Under the pieces are notes generated by a model. It did not search any database. It was not told the origin of the DNA and was given only the letters and a program-made list of their open reading frames with translations. This document shows, piece by piece, positions 1 through 11,859 of a DNA stretch of 64,000 nucleotides. Position 1 is the first letter of the stretch. Every line of letters begins with the position of its first letter. Position numbers and translations under genes: made by a program. Source of the stretch: an uncultured Gammaproteobacteria bacterium (GTDB lineage Bacteria; Pseudomonadota; Gammaproteobacteria; JACCXJ01); assembly GCA_963764725.1 (NCBI GenBank), contig CAVXTM010000016.1, positions 352,001 through 416,000 on the forward strand, read 5' to 3'.

Positions 1-1
1 T

Positions 2-2896
2 ACCAGCTCCGACGGCGCTTCGCTGATCACCTTGCGCTTCTCGCTGGGCCTGTCGCTGGACGTGGCCGAGCAGGAAGTGCAGGCCGCCATCAATGCCGGC
101 GCCAACCTTCTGCCCAGCGACCTGCCGGTGCCGCCGATCTATGCCAAGGTCAACCCGGCCGATGCGCCGGTGCTCACCATTGCGATCACCTCGCCGTCGC
201 TGCCGGTGATCCAGGTGCATGACCTGGCCGAGAACCGGCTGGCGCCCAAGCTCTCGCAGGTGGACGGCGTGGGGCTAATCAGTATCGCCGGTGGCCGGCG
301 GCGGGCGGTGCGCATCCAGGCCGATCCACAAAAACTCGCCTCGCTAGGCCTCGCGCTCGACGATGTGCGCAGCGCCATCGTCGCGGCCAACGTCAACGAG
401 GCCAAGGGCAGCTTCGATGGCGCGCAGCGCGCCTCCACCCTCGACGCCAACGACCAGCTCAAGTCGGCGGCCGAATACCAGAATCTCATCATCGCCTGGA
501 ACAACGGCAAGCCGCTGCGGCTCAAGGATGTCGCGCAGATTGTTGACGACGCCGAGAACCTGCGTCTGGCCGCCTGGTCCGACCGCGCGCCCGGCGTCAT
601 CCTCAACGTGCAGCGCCAGCCCGGCGCCAACGTCATCGAGACCGTGGATCGTGTCAAGGCGCTGCTGCCCAAGCTGCAGGCGGGGCTGCCGGCCTCGGTG
701 GACGTGCAGATCATCGCCGACCGCACCACCACCATCCGCGCCTCGGTGGACGATACCGAGTTCGAGCTGCTGCTGGCGGTGGCGCTGGTGGTCATGGTGA
801 TCTTCCTGTTCCTGCGCAGCGCCAGCGCCACGGTGATTCCGAGCGTGGCGGTGCCGCTGTCGCTGGTGGGCACTTTTGGCGTGCTCTACCTGGCGGGATT
901 TTCGATCAACAACCTGACGCTGATGGCGCTGACCATCTCCACCGGCTTCGTGGTGGACGACGCCATCGTGATGATCGAGAACATCGCCCGCTATGTCGAG
1001 AAAGGCGATTCACCGATTCAGGCCGCACTGAAGGGCAGCCAGCAGATCGGCTTCACCATCATCTCGCTGACGGTATCGCTGATCGCGGTGCTGATCCCGC
1101 TGCTGTTCATGGGCGATGTGGTGGGCCGGCTGTTCCACGAGTTCGCCATCACGCTGGCGGTGGCGATCCTGATCTCGGCCTTCGTCTCGCTGACACTGAC
1201 ACCGATGATGAGCGCGCGGCTGCTGCGCCCGGAGCGCGAGCGCCGCCAGACGCGCCTGGGCGCCTGGATCGGCCGCGCGTTCGAACGGCTGATCGCGTCC
1301 TACGGCCGCGCTCTCGACTGGGTGCTGGACCGGCGGCGCGCGACGCTGCTGGTTTTTGCCGTCACGCTGGGACTGACCGGGGTGCTCTACTTGGCGGTGC
1401 CCAAGGGCTTCTTTCCCTTGCAGGACACCGGGCTGATCCAGGTCATCACCGAGGCCACGCAGACCACCTCGTTCGATGCCATGTCCAGGCGCCAGCAGGC
1501 GCTGGCCGACGCCATTCTCAAGGATCCGGACGTTGACCACCTCGCGTCCTTCATCGGCGTGGACGGCGCCAACCCCACGCTCAACACCGGGCGCATGCAG
1601 ATCACGCTCAAGCCTTTCGCCGAACGCGATGCGTCGGCATCGGAAATCATCCGCCGTCTCGCCGAGGCGACCGCGCATGTGCCGGGCATCACCGCCTACA
1701 TGCAGCCGGTGCAGGACCTGACCATCGAAGATCGCGTGTCGAAAACGCAGTACCAGTTCCTGCTCAGCTCGCCCAGCTCGGACGATCTGGCTACCGCGAC
1801 GAACCGGCTGCTGGAACGTTTGAAGACGCTGCCGCAGCTGGCCGACGTTGCCAGCGACCTGCAGGACGAGGGCCTGCAAGCCTATGTGCAGATTGACCGC
1901 GAGGCCGCCGGACGGCTGGGTGTCACCGTCGCGGCGATCGACACCGCGCTCTACAACGCCTTCGGCCAGCGGCTGATCTCGACCATCTACACGCAAGCCA
2001 GCCAATACCGCGTGGTGCTGGAGGCGGCAGCAGAGTTCCGGCGCGGCCCGCGCGCGCTCGAAGGCCTGTATGTGCCCGGCAGCACGACCGCCGCCAACGG
2101 CGTTGCCACCACGGTGCAGGTGCCGCTGGCCTCGGTGGCGCAGATCGTCGAGCGGCCGGTGGCGCTGACGATCAACCATGTGGCGCAGTTCCCGTCGGCC
2201 ACCGTGTCGTTCAACCTGGCCCCCGGCGCTGCGCTTGGCCACGCCGTGGATGCGATCAAGGCCGAGGAGGCCAAGCTCGATCTGCCGCCCAGCTTGGAGA
2301 CCAGCTTCCAGGGCGCGGCCGAGGCCTTTCGCGCCTCCCTGTCCAGCACGCTACTGCTGATCCTGGCGGCGGTGGTCACGATGTACATCGTGTTGGGCGT
2401 GCTCTACGAGAGCTACATCCACCCGATCACCATCCTTTCCACGCTGCCGTCGGCGGGCCTGGGCGCGCTGCTAGCGCTACTGGTGGCGGGTCAAGACCTG
2501 GGCGTGGTCGGCATCATCGGCATCGTGCTCTTGATCGGCATCGTCAAGAAGAACGCGATCATGATGATTGACTTCGCACTCTATGCCGAACGCGAACAGG
2601 GATTGCCGCCGCGCGAGGCGATCCACCGAGCCTGTCTGCTGCGCTTCAGGCCGATCCTGATGACGACGATGGCCGCGCTGTTCAGCGCCTTGCCCCTGAT
2701 GCTCGGCACTGGCGTAGGCCACGAGTTGCGCCATCCGCTAGGCGTGACCATGGTCGGCGGCCTGATCGTCAGTCAACTGCTGACCCTGTTCACCACGCCC
2801 GTGATCTACCTCGGCTTCGCGCAACAGGCGCAGCGGCTCAAGGCCTGGCGTAAACGGCGTGCAGTGATTCGCACGGCTGGGGAAGGCGCGGCATGA
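2..2896 (+). CDS. mdtB: RND multidrug efflux permease, MdtB/MuxB type (5'-truncated by window edge)
   Basis: Frame is open from nt 2 ([13 protein letters not shown]). Motifs include [28 protein letters not shown] and [10 protein letters not shown]. The stop overlaps the start of a second RND paralogue (ATGA). Confidence 0.9.
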   Translation, partial: TSSDGASLITLRFSLGLSLDVAEQEVQAAINAGANLLPSDLPVPPIYAKVNPADAPVLTIAITSPSLPVIQVHDLAENRLAPKLSQVDGVGLISIAGGRRRAVRIQADPQKLASLGLALDDVRSAIVAANVNEAKGSFDGAQRASTLDANDQLKSAAEYQNLIIAWNNGKPLRLKDVAQIVDDAENLRLAAWSDRAPGVILNVQRQPGANVIETVDRVKALLPKLQAGLPASVDVQIIADRTTTIRASVDDTEFELLLAVALVVMVIFLFLRSASATVIPSVAVPLSLVGTFGVLYLAGFSINNLTLMALTISTGFVVDDAIVMIENIARYVEKGDSPIQAALKGSQQIGFTIISLTVSLIAVLIPLLFMGDVVGRLFHEFAITLAVAILISAFVSLTLTPMMSARLLRPERERRQTRLGAWIGRAFERLIASYGRALDWVLDRRRATLLVFAVTLGLTGVLYLAVPKGFFPLQDTGLIQVITEATQTTSFDAMSRRQQALADAILKDPDVDHLASFIGVDGANPTLNTGRMQITLKPFAERDASASEIIRRLAEATAHVPGITAYMQPVQDLTIEDRVSKTQYQFLLSSPSSDDLATATNRLLERLKTLPQLADVASDLQDEGLQAYVQIDREAAGRLGVTVAAIDTALYNAFGQRLISTIYTQASQYRVVLEAAAEFRRGPRALEGLYVPGSTTAANGVATTVQVPLASVAQIVERPVALTINHVAQFPSATVSFNLAPGAALGHAVDAIKAEEAKLDLPPSLETSFQGAAEAFRASLSSTLLLILAAVVTMYIVLGVLYESYIHPITILSTLPSAGLGALLALLVAGQDLGVVGIIGIVLLIGIVKKNAIMMIDFALYAEREQGLPPREAIHRACLLRFRPILMTTMAALFSALPLMLGTGVGHELRHPLGVTMVGGLIVSQLLTLFTTPVIYLGFAQQAQRLKAWRKRRAVIRTAGEGAA

Positions 2897-5800
2897 ACAT
2901 CTCGGCGCCCTTCATCGCGCGGCCGGTGGCCACCACGCTGATCACGCTCGGCGTGGCACTGGCCGGCGCGCTCGGCTACCAGTTGCTGCCGATCGCGTCG
3001 CTGCCGCAGGTGGACTTCCCGACCATCTCGGTCAGCGCCTCGCTGCCCGGCGCCAGTCCCGATACGATGGCGGCAACGGTGTCCGCGCCGCTGGAGCGGG
3101 CGTTGGGCAGCATCGCCGGGGTCAACGAGATCACCTCGCGCTCTTCGCTGGGCTCGACCAGCATCACCTTGCAGTTCGATCTGAGCCGCGACATCAACGG
3201 CGCGGCGCGCGATGTGCAGGCCGCGATCAACGCTGCGCGCACGCTGTTGCCCAGCGGGCTGCCGAGCAACCCGACCTACCGCAAGGTCAATCCGGCCGAT
3301 GCGCCGATCATGATCCTCTCGCTCACCTCGGTGACCTTGACGCGCGGCCAGATGTACGACGCCGCATCCACCGTGTTGGCGCAGCGGCTGTCGCAAGTGG
3401 AAGGCGTGGGCCAGGTCACGGTCGGCGGCGGTGCACTGCCGGCGGTGCGGGTGGAGTTGAACCCGGAAACTGGCAAGCAATGGCATCGCGCTGGACAACA
3501 TTCGCGTGGCGCTGACGGCCACCAACGCCAACCGGCCGAAGGGTTCGTTGGAACAGAACGGCCGCAGCTGGCAGATCGGCTCCAACGACCAGGCGCGCAG
3601 CGCCGCCGAATACGCGCCCGTTCTGCTGAGTTACCGCGACGGCGCGGCCGTGCGGCTGCGCGATGTCGCGCAAGTTACCGACTCAGTGCAGGATGTGCGC
3701 AACTACGGCGTCACCAACGGCGAACCCGCCATCGTGCTGCTGGTGCAGAAGCAGCCGGGCGCCAACGTCATCGAAACCGTGCAGCGTGTGCGCGCACTGC
3801 TGCCGCGCTTGCAGGCATCGATTCCGCAGGCAATTGACCTCGCCGTCATCAGCGACCGCACGCCCACCATCCGCGCCTCGCTGCGCGAGGTCGAACACGC
3901 GCTGGCGATCTCGGTGGGCCTCGTGATCCTGGTGGTGCTGCTGTTCCTGCGCAGTTGGCGCGCGACGCTGCTGCCGGCCATCGCCGTGCCGGTGTCGCTG
4001 GCCGGAACGCTCGGCGTGATGTATCTCTGCGGCTTCAGCCTGGACAATCTCTCGGCGATGGCGCTGACGGTGGCCGCCGGCTTCGTGGTGGACGATGCCA
4101 TCGTGGTGTCGGAGAACATCAGCCGCCACATCGAGCAGGGCCTCTCCCCGCGCGAGGCGGCGCTCAAGGGCGCACGCGAGATCGGCTTCACGGTGGTGTC
4201 CATCAGCCTGTCGCTGGTGGCGGTGTTCATCCCGATTCTGCTGATGGGCGGCATCGTCGGGCGGCTGTTCCGCGAGTTCGCGGTGGTGTTGTCGGTGGCA
4301 ATCCTGGTCTCCATGCTGGTGTCGCTGACCACCACGCCGATGATGGCGGCTACGCTCCTGAAGGAGCGCACAGAACAGCGTGCAAGGGGCCGTCTGGCGC
4401 GGGCACTTACCCGCGCGAGCCGCGCCGTAGTGCGCGGCTATCGCCGCTCGCTGATGTGGACGCTGCGCCACCAGCCGGTGGCCATCGCGGCACTGCTGGC
4501 GGTGGTGGCGTTGAACGTAACCCTCTACGCGACGATTCCTAAGACCTTCTTCCCGCAGGAGGACACCGGGGTGCTCACCGGCAGCGTGCAGGCCGACCAG
4601 GGCAGTTCGTTCCAGCAGATGCGCGAGCGGTTGGACAAGTTCATGGCCATTGTCCAGGCCGACCCGGCGGTGGCTACCGTCAGCGGCTTTACTGGCGGCG
4701 GCCAGCGTAATTCGGCCAATTTCCACATCACCCTCAAGCCGCTGGCCGAACGCAAGGTTTCCGCGGATGCTGTGGTGGCGCGCCTGCGCGCCGAGCTTGC
4801 GCACGAGCCGGGTGCGAACCTGACCCTGGTGCCGGTGCAGGACATCCGCGTCGGCGGCCGGCAGGCCGACGCCCAATATCAATACACGCTACAGGCCGAC
4901 GAAGCCGATACCCTGCGCAGCTGGGAGCCGCGCGTGCGCAACGCGCTGTCGCTCCTTTCCGAGCTGACTGACGTCAGCACCGACCAGCAGGACACCGGCC
5001 TGCAGACCTCGCTAGTGATTGACCGCGACGCCGCCGCGCGCCTGGACGTTACGGTGAGCAATCTCGACACCACACTGAACGACGCCTTCGGCCAGCGCCA
5101 GGTGGGCGTGATCTACAACCCGCTCAATCAGTACCGGGTGGTGATGGAGCTGGCCCCTGAGTTCCTGCAAGGCCCGGAGACGCTCAAGCGGCTCTACCTC
5201 ACTAGCACCGCGGGCGCGCAGGTGCCGCTTGCGGCCTTTGCACGGGTGGAGACCACCAACACGCCGCTCGCGGTCAACCACCAGAGCGGCACGCCTGCCT
5301 CCACCATCAGCTTCAACCTGCCGCCGGGGGTGTCGCTGTCGCAGGCCACCGGGGCCATCGACAACGCGCTGGCCGAGCTGGGACTGCCGCTGTCGGTGCG
5401 CGGCAGTTTTCAGGGTACCGCCCACGCCTTTCAGCAGTCACTGGACTCGCAACCACTGCTGATCCTCGCGGCCCTCGTCACGATTTACCTGGTGCTCGGA
5501 ATGCTTTACGAGAGCCTGATCCATCCCGTCACCATCCTCTCGACGCTGCCTTCGGCGGGCGTCGGCGCGCTGCTGGCGCTGATGCTGTTCAAGACCGATT
5601 TCTCGATCATCGCCTTGCTCGGCGTGATTCTCTTGATCGGCATCGTCAAGAAGAACGCGATCATGATGATTGACTTCGCCATCGTGCGGCAGCGCGCCGG
5701 TCATGCCCGCGCCGGCGCGGCGATCTTTCGGGCTGCCAATCTGCGCCTCCGCCCGATCCTGATGACGACCGCGGCGGCGATCTTCGGGGCGGTGCCGCTC

Positions 5801-5980
5801 GCTCTCGGCACCGGCGACGGCGCCGAGCTGCGCCAGCCGCTGGGCATCGCCATCGTCGGCGGGCTCATCCTGAGCCAGTTGCTCACGCTCTACACCACGC
5901 CGGTGGTGTTCGTGCTGATGGATCGCTTGCGCTGGCGCAGGCCCCGGCGCGGCGCTTTCGCCAAGCTTGCACCCGCGTAG
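2893..5980 (+). CDS. mdtC: RND efflux permease, MdtC/MuxC type, with one frameshift near 3468
   Basis: ORF 2893..3837 gives the N-terminus ([16 protein letters not shown]) and ORF 3506..5980 gives the rest. Adding 2 nt to the A-run in ccggaaactggca restores [18 protein letters not shown]. Either a sequencing error or a recent pseudogene. Confidence 0.85.
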
Positions 5981-5987
5981 GCCCTCC

Positions 5988-6113
5988 ATGAACTTCCCCA
6001 TCCAACGCACTTTGTTGCTACTGACGGCCAGCCTGCTGCTCACCGCCTGCGCCCTGACCCGTGTCGAACCGCCGCCGCCTGTGACAGCACCAACAGCGGA
6101 GGCCCGCGTATGA
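5988..6113 (+). pseudogene. 41-aa N-terminal stub of an outer-membrane efflux lipoprotein
   Basis: Reads MNFPIQRTLLLLTASLLLTAC-ALTRVEPPPPVTAP, a signal peptide with lipobox. It lies 7 nt after mdtC and its stop overlaps the start of the next gene. Confidence 0.6.
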
Positions 6114-7603
6114 AAAACAACTATTCAATCGCGAACGGCAGGTGTCGGTTCGGAGTTCCTTTACTGCTTGTGAGTGCGCTGTTCACTGGTTGCGCCGTCG
6201 GACCGGATTACCATCGCCCATTTGCGCTGGCTGCGAATCCCATGCCCGCTGCGTTCGGGGACGCAACCATCACCAACGTCGGCAATTGGAAAACTGCCGA
6301 GCCGTCTGCGCACTTGCCGCGCGGCGCTTGGTGGAAGCTTTACGGCGACCCGGAGTTGAATCGGCTCGAAACGCTCGCCGCCACGAGCAACCAGCAGATT
6401 GCCGTCGCGCTCGCCAACTACGAACAGGCCCGCGCCTCAGTGACCGTCGCACGGGCGGATTTCTTCCCACAGATTTCCAGTCCGTGGTCCGCAACCCGTC
6501 AGCGCACGAGCGCGAACGCCTCGCCCACCAGCGCCGTAACCGGGAAAAGCACCACGTTCGACATGTTCAACGTCTCCGGGGATGCAAGTTGGGAGCTGGA
6601 TTTGTGGGGACGCATTCGCCGCGAAGTCGAAGGCGCGCGCGCCACATTCACCGCGTCCTCCGATGATCTCGAATCCGCGAAACTTTCCGTGCAGGCCCAG
6701 GTGGCGATTGATTACTTCACGTTACGCGCGCTCGACGCGCAATCGGATTTGTTCGCCCAAACCGTCGCCGCTTACCAACGGGCGCTCGAATTGACGCAAT
6801 ATCGCCACAAGGCGGGCGTCGCCAGCGGCCTCGACGTTTCGCAGGCGGAGACCCAGCTCAAGAGCACGAGAGCGCAAATCCCGGCGGTGGATCTGCAACG
6901 CGCACAATTGCGTCACGCCCTCGCTGTCCTGTGCGGTCAGGTGGCAACAACATTCGCGCTCGCCCCGAACACGGTCGCGTCAACGAACCTGCCGGCGATT
7001 CCCGTCGCTGTGCCAAGCGAATGGCTGGAGAGCCGTCCGGACATTTCTGCCGCTGAGCGCCGCATGGCCGCCGCCAACGCAAACATCGGTGTGGCCAAGG
7101 CGGCGTTTTATCCGCGCGTGTTGCTCATCGGCTCGGGCGGTTTTGAATCCATCAGCGCCAGCGACTTGTTCACTTGGCCCAGCCATCTGTGGGCCATCGG
7201 ACCGACGCTGCAATTGCCGATCTTCACGGGCGGGCGCAATCGTGCACAGCTTGCGTCGGCTCGCGCGGCCTACGATGGCACGGTCGCAACCTACCGGCAG
7301 ACGGTGCTCACGGCCTTTCAGGACGTGGAGGATCAGCTTGCCGCACAACTTCTGCTCGCACAGCAACTCGACGAGGAAAATGCCGCGCTGGCCTCGGCAC
7401 AGCGCACGCTGGACATCTCGAAACACCGCTACAAGGCAGGTGTGGAACAATACCTCGACGTCATCATCGCTCAGACCACTGAGTTGACCCTCAAGCAGAA
7501 CGTAGTTCAACTCAACGGGCAAAAGCTCGCCGCAAGCGTATCGCTCATCAAGGCGTTGGGCGCGGGTTGGCAACCAACTTCCACCACGAGCGCGGGGCGG
7601 TGA
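6110..7603 (+). CDS. Outer-membrane factor lipoprotein (NodT/OprM family)
   Basis: Lipobox LFTGCAVGPDY; motifs WWKLYGDPELNRL, SWELDLWGRIRR, RPDISAAER and LIKALGAGW; GGAGG ribosome-binding site. Confidence 0.92.
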   Translation: MKNNYSIANGRCRFGVPLLLVSALFTGCAVGPDYHRPFALAANPMPAAFGDATITNVGNWKTAEPSAHLPRGAWWKLYGDPELNRLETLAATSNQQIAVALANYEQARASVTVARADFFPQISSPWSATRQRTSANASPTSAVTGKSTTFDMFNVSGDASWELDLWGRIRREVEGARATFTASSDDLESAKLSVQAQVAIDYFTLRALDAQSDLFAQTVAAYQRALELTQYRHKAGVASGLDVSQAETQLKSTRAQIPAVDLQRAQLRHALAVLCGQVATTFALAPNTVASTNLPAIPVAVPSEWLESRPDISAAERRMAAANANIGVAKAAFYPRVLLIGSGGFESISASDLFTWPSHLWAIGPTLQLPIFTGGRNRAQLASARAAYDGTVATYRQTVLTAFQDVEDQLAAQLLLAQQLDEENAALASAQRTLDISKHRYKAGVEQYLDVIIAQTTELTLKQNVVQLNGQKLAASVSLIKALGAGWQPTSTTSAGR

Positions 7604-8441
7604 GCGCGCCCGCAGACCGATTGATTGTGGAGGATGGGTGATCTCCTTTCGCTCTACCATTGCCCTTCGGCCCAGTGCTCTTCTTAGAACGAACAAGGAT
7701 GCGCTGGTGCTTGCGGTCGAATGTGGGCTGCTGGCCGTACGGGTGGAATCAAAAAAGCTGGGACTTTGTGGGCGCTCCAGAGTTGAGTGGGTTTTGGGAA
7801 AACCTCATCTCGATTTCGAGAACGACGAAGCAAACTCCAGCGTCTGCTTAGGTTGAAGGAAGCATGCTCCGTTCTTGCAAACGCCTCTTTTGGGTGGTTG
7901 GCAAGCTAGAGAATCCGTCTCCACAGGGAAAACCACTTCGCAATCTTCCCGTCTGACTCCAGCGGCGGCAAGGACACGCGTCGGAATCCCCGCTCGCAGT
8001 GGACGAGCACGCACTCGTGGTCGCGGAGATTGCGGACTTTCGCGGTTTGATTTTGTGTTCTTCGATCTCGGAGTAATTGACGTTCCGCTTGCCGGCACTG
8101 AATCCCCATGAGCGTTTCGCCACCCGCTTCTTTGCTCCCCCCCTCGGCGTGTCTTCATTCTTCCTGAAGGACGTCCGCCTCATTAGCCGCGCTTAGGCGC
8201 GAAGGGCTAAACACCGGCACGCTGGCCATTGAGTTTGAACAGGCATTCCACGAACCAACTATTCGCTGGCGATGCGTGCGACGTGCCCGGCGGGGGAATT
8301 CCCTCCGCCGGTTTGTTTTGCCCGTTATTCGCGTTCGACATGAAAACTCCGCAGCCGCCGGCTGTAGGCAGTGCTGACGGATTTCACAGCACCGGCGCTT
8401 CAAGTAAACTCAGGGTTGTTCCCATCACCCAGAGAGCGCAC

Positions 8442-9011
8442 ATGAATCGATCCAAACCCCTGAACTACCTGGAGGCCGCGGCCCGCTGGTTCGGGCGCAG
8501 AACGGACGACCTCGACAGCGCTACACGCAAGGCACTCGACCGCGCCGCGCGCCGCCAGACGCTGACTGAAGACCCTAATCGCAAGCTAGACGAGCAGGCC
8601 ACCTTCGGCGAGCGGATGGCCGACCGCGTGGCTCAAATCGGCGGGTCCTGGACCTTTATCACGATCTTCGGCCTGTTCCTGCTCGGTTGGGCGGTGCTCA
8701 ATACCGAAATCCTCGGCAAGACCGCCTTCGACCCTTACCCCTATATTTTTCTCAACCTGATTCTGTCCATGCTCGCTGCCATCCAGGCGCCGATCATCAT
8801 GATGAGCCAGAGCCGTCTGGCGGTGAAGGACCGGCAGATGGCGGCCCACGATTACGAGGTGAATCTGAAAACCGAGATCGAGATCATGGCGCTGCACGAA
8901 AAGATGGATGCGATGCGTTCGGAGCATCTGATGACAATCGTTGCACAACAGCAGACGCAGATTGAGCTGATGACGCGGTTGCTGCAACAGTCCAATTCTC
9001 GCGACGCCTGA
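8442..9011 (+). CDS. DUF1003 family membrane protein
   Basis: TFGERMADRVAQIGGSWTFI, FDPYPYIFLNLILSMLAAIQAPIIMMSQ and DYEVNLKTEIEI. ATG 8442 preferred over the track's TTG start. Confidence 0.88.
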   Translation: MNRSKPLNYLEAAARWFGRRTDDLDSATRKALDRAARRQTLTEDPNRKLDEQATFGERMADRVAQIGGSWTFITIFGLFLLGWAVLNTEILGKTAFDPYPYIFLNLILSMLAAIQAPIIMMSQSRLAVKDRQMAAHDYEVNLKTEIEIMALHEKMDAMRSEHLMTIVAQQQTQIELMTRLLQQSNSRDA

Positions 9012-9261
9012 CAAGAGGGGACTGAACGATGGGCAAAAGACACTCCGACCGCCATTCGGGAAAACGCGGCGGCTGGTTGCGGGCAGCAGCCATGACCACG
9101 GTGCTGCTCGTCTTTCAGCTAGGTCAATCCAGAATCTTTTTTGCCATTCCGCTGCAGGCGACAAGTGCTGATTTCTCCGTCGCGATGGTCGCTCTTACCT
9201 AATCACGAACCGTTCCCCTGAAGACTTGAAGCAGCTTTGTTGGGACCGGATCTTCTGCAAA

Positions 9262-11859
9262 ATGAACGATGAGCGCAGAACCGGTATCGGCGAAGATGCG
9301 CCCGTAGCGAGTGGGCGTTTTCACCGTATCCTCATGCCGCTAATATCGCTAACCCTTTTTTTCGTTGCGATCGCAGCGATTCATCACTTATTGGCGGAGG
9401 TCAGTTATCCGCAACTGGTCGCGGAACTGAAGGCGCTGTCCTGGAACCAGTTGTTACTGGCGCTTTTATTCACTGCCAGCAGTTTCACGGCCTTGATAGG
9501 CTACGATTGGTCAGCGCTTGCTTATATTGGACGCAAGCTTCCCTTCCCGACGGTCGCGTTGGGTTCTTTTTGTGGCTACGCGATTTCGAATACCGTGGGG
9601 TTGAGCATACTTTCGGGAGGGTCTGTGCGCTACCGATTCTATCTCTCTGCAGGACTCGATGCGGCCGATATAGCGCGCGTGTCGGTGTTTTCGGTTCTGG
9701 CGCTGAGTCTCGGTATCTACCTGGTCGGTGCCGCGGCTTTGGTTATCCATCCAGACCTCGTCGACAGTTTCTTTGGGATCCCGCGGGGCGTGTTGCGCAC
9801 GATCGCGATCGCGGCTTTGGTCTTGCTGTTCGCGTTAGTGGTAATTACCTTTGTTCGACCTGCCCGCATCAAAATCGGTCCCTGGGATCTGCCGATCCCA
9901 AGTGGCCCAGTGACCGTTGTTCAGCTCGTGGTATCGGTGATCGATATCGTCTCGGCGGGTGCCTGCTTATACGTCCTAATTGACCATCCGCAGGTGCCAT
10001 TTCTCGCGTTCCTCGTGGTCTATGCGGTGGCACTCATGATCGGGGTCTCAAGCCACGTGCCGGGGGGTCTGGGGGTATTCGAAAGCGTTATGCTGCTCGC
10101 CCTGCACGATTCCGTATCGCCCGAAAACCTCGCGGCCGCGATGCTGGCCTATCGGGTGATCTATCACGTCATCCCGTTGGTGCTCGCAATCTTCGTGTTA
10201 GTCGGTCGCGAGCTAGCGGAACGGGCCTCCCCCATCGTTGGGGCGGTGCGTTACATCCATTCCTGGAGCTCGAAGCTGGTGCCGCCGTTGCTGGCCGGGT
10301 TGGCATTTTGCAACGGCATAGTATTACTCGTATCCACAGCGACGCCTGCCGTCCCGGAGCGGCTTAAGGCGATGAAAGCCTTCATGCCGCTTGCCGTTGT
10401 GGAGATATCCACGATCTCCGGCTCGGTAGTCGGTCTGGGACTGCTCCTAATCGCCCGAGGGCTCTATAGCAGGCTAAACGGCGCCTATGTCATGGCGTTG
10501 CTACTTTGCCTTGCCGGTAGTGTTTTTTCTTTAGCCAAGGGTATCGACTATGAAGAAGGCGTAATTCTGCTTGGGACCGCGTTGCTGCTATTCCTCTGTC
10601 GGCGTGAGTTTTATCGACGCACCGTGCTGATGAATTCGCCTTTTACAGCGGGTTGGATACTCTCCATCGTCAGTGCCGTAGGCGCTACCTACTGGATCAC
10701 CATATTCTCCTACAAGCACGTCGAATACGCTCATGAACTGTGGTGGCAATTCGAGTACAACGCAGAAGTGTCGCGTTCGCTTCGGGCCGGACTCGCCGTG
10801 ACCATTGCCTTGTTCATACTGGGAATAGACCGACTGCTGAAGCGGCCGCAACATGCGCCGAGTTTGTCCTCAACAGGCGATTTGGACAAGGCCGAAGCCA
10901 TCGTGCGAGCCCAGGACAACGTCGACGGCAACCTGGCCTTGATGGGCGACAAACATCTGCTGTTTTCCGACACCGGCGACGCGTTCATCATGTATGGAGT
11001 TAGGGGCACAAGCTGGATCGCGCTCGGTGACCCTATTGGACCGGCGCCGGTAGCGGATGAGCTGGCGTGGCGGTTTCGCGAATTGGCCGACCGTGAGGGC
11101 GGCCGGATCGCGTTTTATCAGACCTCTCCTGAGACCTTGCCCTTGTACTTGGATATGGGATTGGTGCCGTTGAAGGTTGGGGAGGAAGCGCTAGTGCCAC
11201 TTGAGACGTTTTCCCTCCAGGGTGCGAAGCGTAAAGGCCTTAGGCACGCAATGAATCGCGGCGAACACGACGGGCTCAGCTTCGAGATCCTGCCCCGCGA
11301 GACTGTTCCCGCACATATGGAAGAGCTGGCTGCGGTGTCGGCGAACTGGTTGGCGCTGAAGAACACGCGGGAGAAGCGGTTTTCACTGGGTGCCTTCGAT
11401 CCCAATTACATCAAGCGCTTTGCTGTTGCCGTCGCGCGGCACGGGACCCGGATCGTGGCGTTTGCGACCGTGATATCGACCGATACGAAAGCCGAAGCCT
11501 CCATCGATCTGATGCGGCATACGCACGAGGCGCCAAGCTCAGCGATGATGTTCCTGTTCATCAATCTGATTCTGTGCTTCAAGGCACAGGGATTTCGGCG
11601 TTTTGCCCTGGGTTTGGCACCGCTATCGGGATTGGAAACTCATCCCTTGGCGCCGGTGTGGCATCGCTTTGGTCACCTCATCTACAACCGTGGCGAGAGG
11701 TTCTACAATTTTCGTGGCCTCAGAGAATTCAAGGATAAGTTTGATCCCGTGTGGGAACCTCGCTATCTTGCAACATCCGGAGGTATTAGTCCGTTGCTCG
11801 TGATCACGGACGTGGCGACGCTGATTGGGGGGGGTATCACCGGCGTGTTCAAAAAATGA
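9262..11859 (+). CDS. mprF: Bifunctional aminoacyl-phosphatidylglycerol flippase/synthase MprF
   Basis: Multi-TM N-terminal half (VPGGLGVFE) and a synthase domain (WIALGDPIG, EKRFSLGAF, IDLMRH, FYNFRGLREFKDKFDPVWEPRYL). Confidence 0.93.
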   Translation: MNDERRTGIGEDAPVASGRFHRILMPLISLTLFFVAIAAIHHLLAEVSYPQLVAELKALSWNQLLLALLFTASSFTALIGYDWSALAYIGRKLPFPTVALGSFCGYAISNTVGLSILSGGSVRYRFYLSAGLDAADIARVSVFSVLALSLGIYLVGAAALVIHPDLVDSFFGIPRGVLRTIAIAALVLLFALVVITFVRPARIKIGPWDLPIPSGPVTVVQLVVSVIDIVSAGACLYVLIDHPQVPFLAFLVVYAVALMIGVSSHVPGGLGVFESVMLLALHDSVSPENLAAAMLAYRVIYHVIPLVLAIFVLVGRELAERASPIVGAVRYIHSWSSKLVPPLLAGLAFCNGIVLLVSTATPAVPERLKAMKAFMPLAVVEISTISGSVVGLGLLLIARGLYSRLNGAYVMALLLCLAGSVFSLAKGIDYEEGVILLGTALLLFLCRREFYRRTVLMNSPFTAGWILSIVSAVGATYWITIFSYKHVEYAHELWWQFEYNAEVSRSLRAGLAVTIALFILGIDRLLKRPQHAPSLSSTGDLDKAEAIVRAQDNVDGNLALMGDKHLLFSDTGDAFIMYGVRGTSWIALGDPIGPAPVADELAWRFRELADREGGRIAFYQTSPETLPLYLDMGLVPLKVGEEALVPLETFSLQGAKRKGLRHAMNRGEHDGLSFEILPRETVPAHMEELAAVSANWLALKNTREKRFSLGAFDPNYIKRFAVAVARHGTRIVAFATVISTDTKAEASIDLMRHTHEAPSSAMMFLFINLILCFKAQGFRRFALGLAPLSGLETHPLAPVWHRFGHLIYNRGERFYNFRGLREFKDKFDPVWEPRYLATSGGISPLLVITDVATLIGGGITGVFKK

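Noticed and set aside
3460-3480. Programmed frameshift in mdtC
   Set aside because: No slippery heptamer or stimulatory structure; a homopolymer-length error is simpler.
7604-8440. Short ORFs between the OMF and DUF1003 genes
   Set aside because: No recognisable motif or ribosome-binding site; probably decayed DNA.
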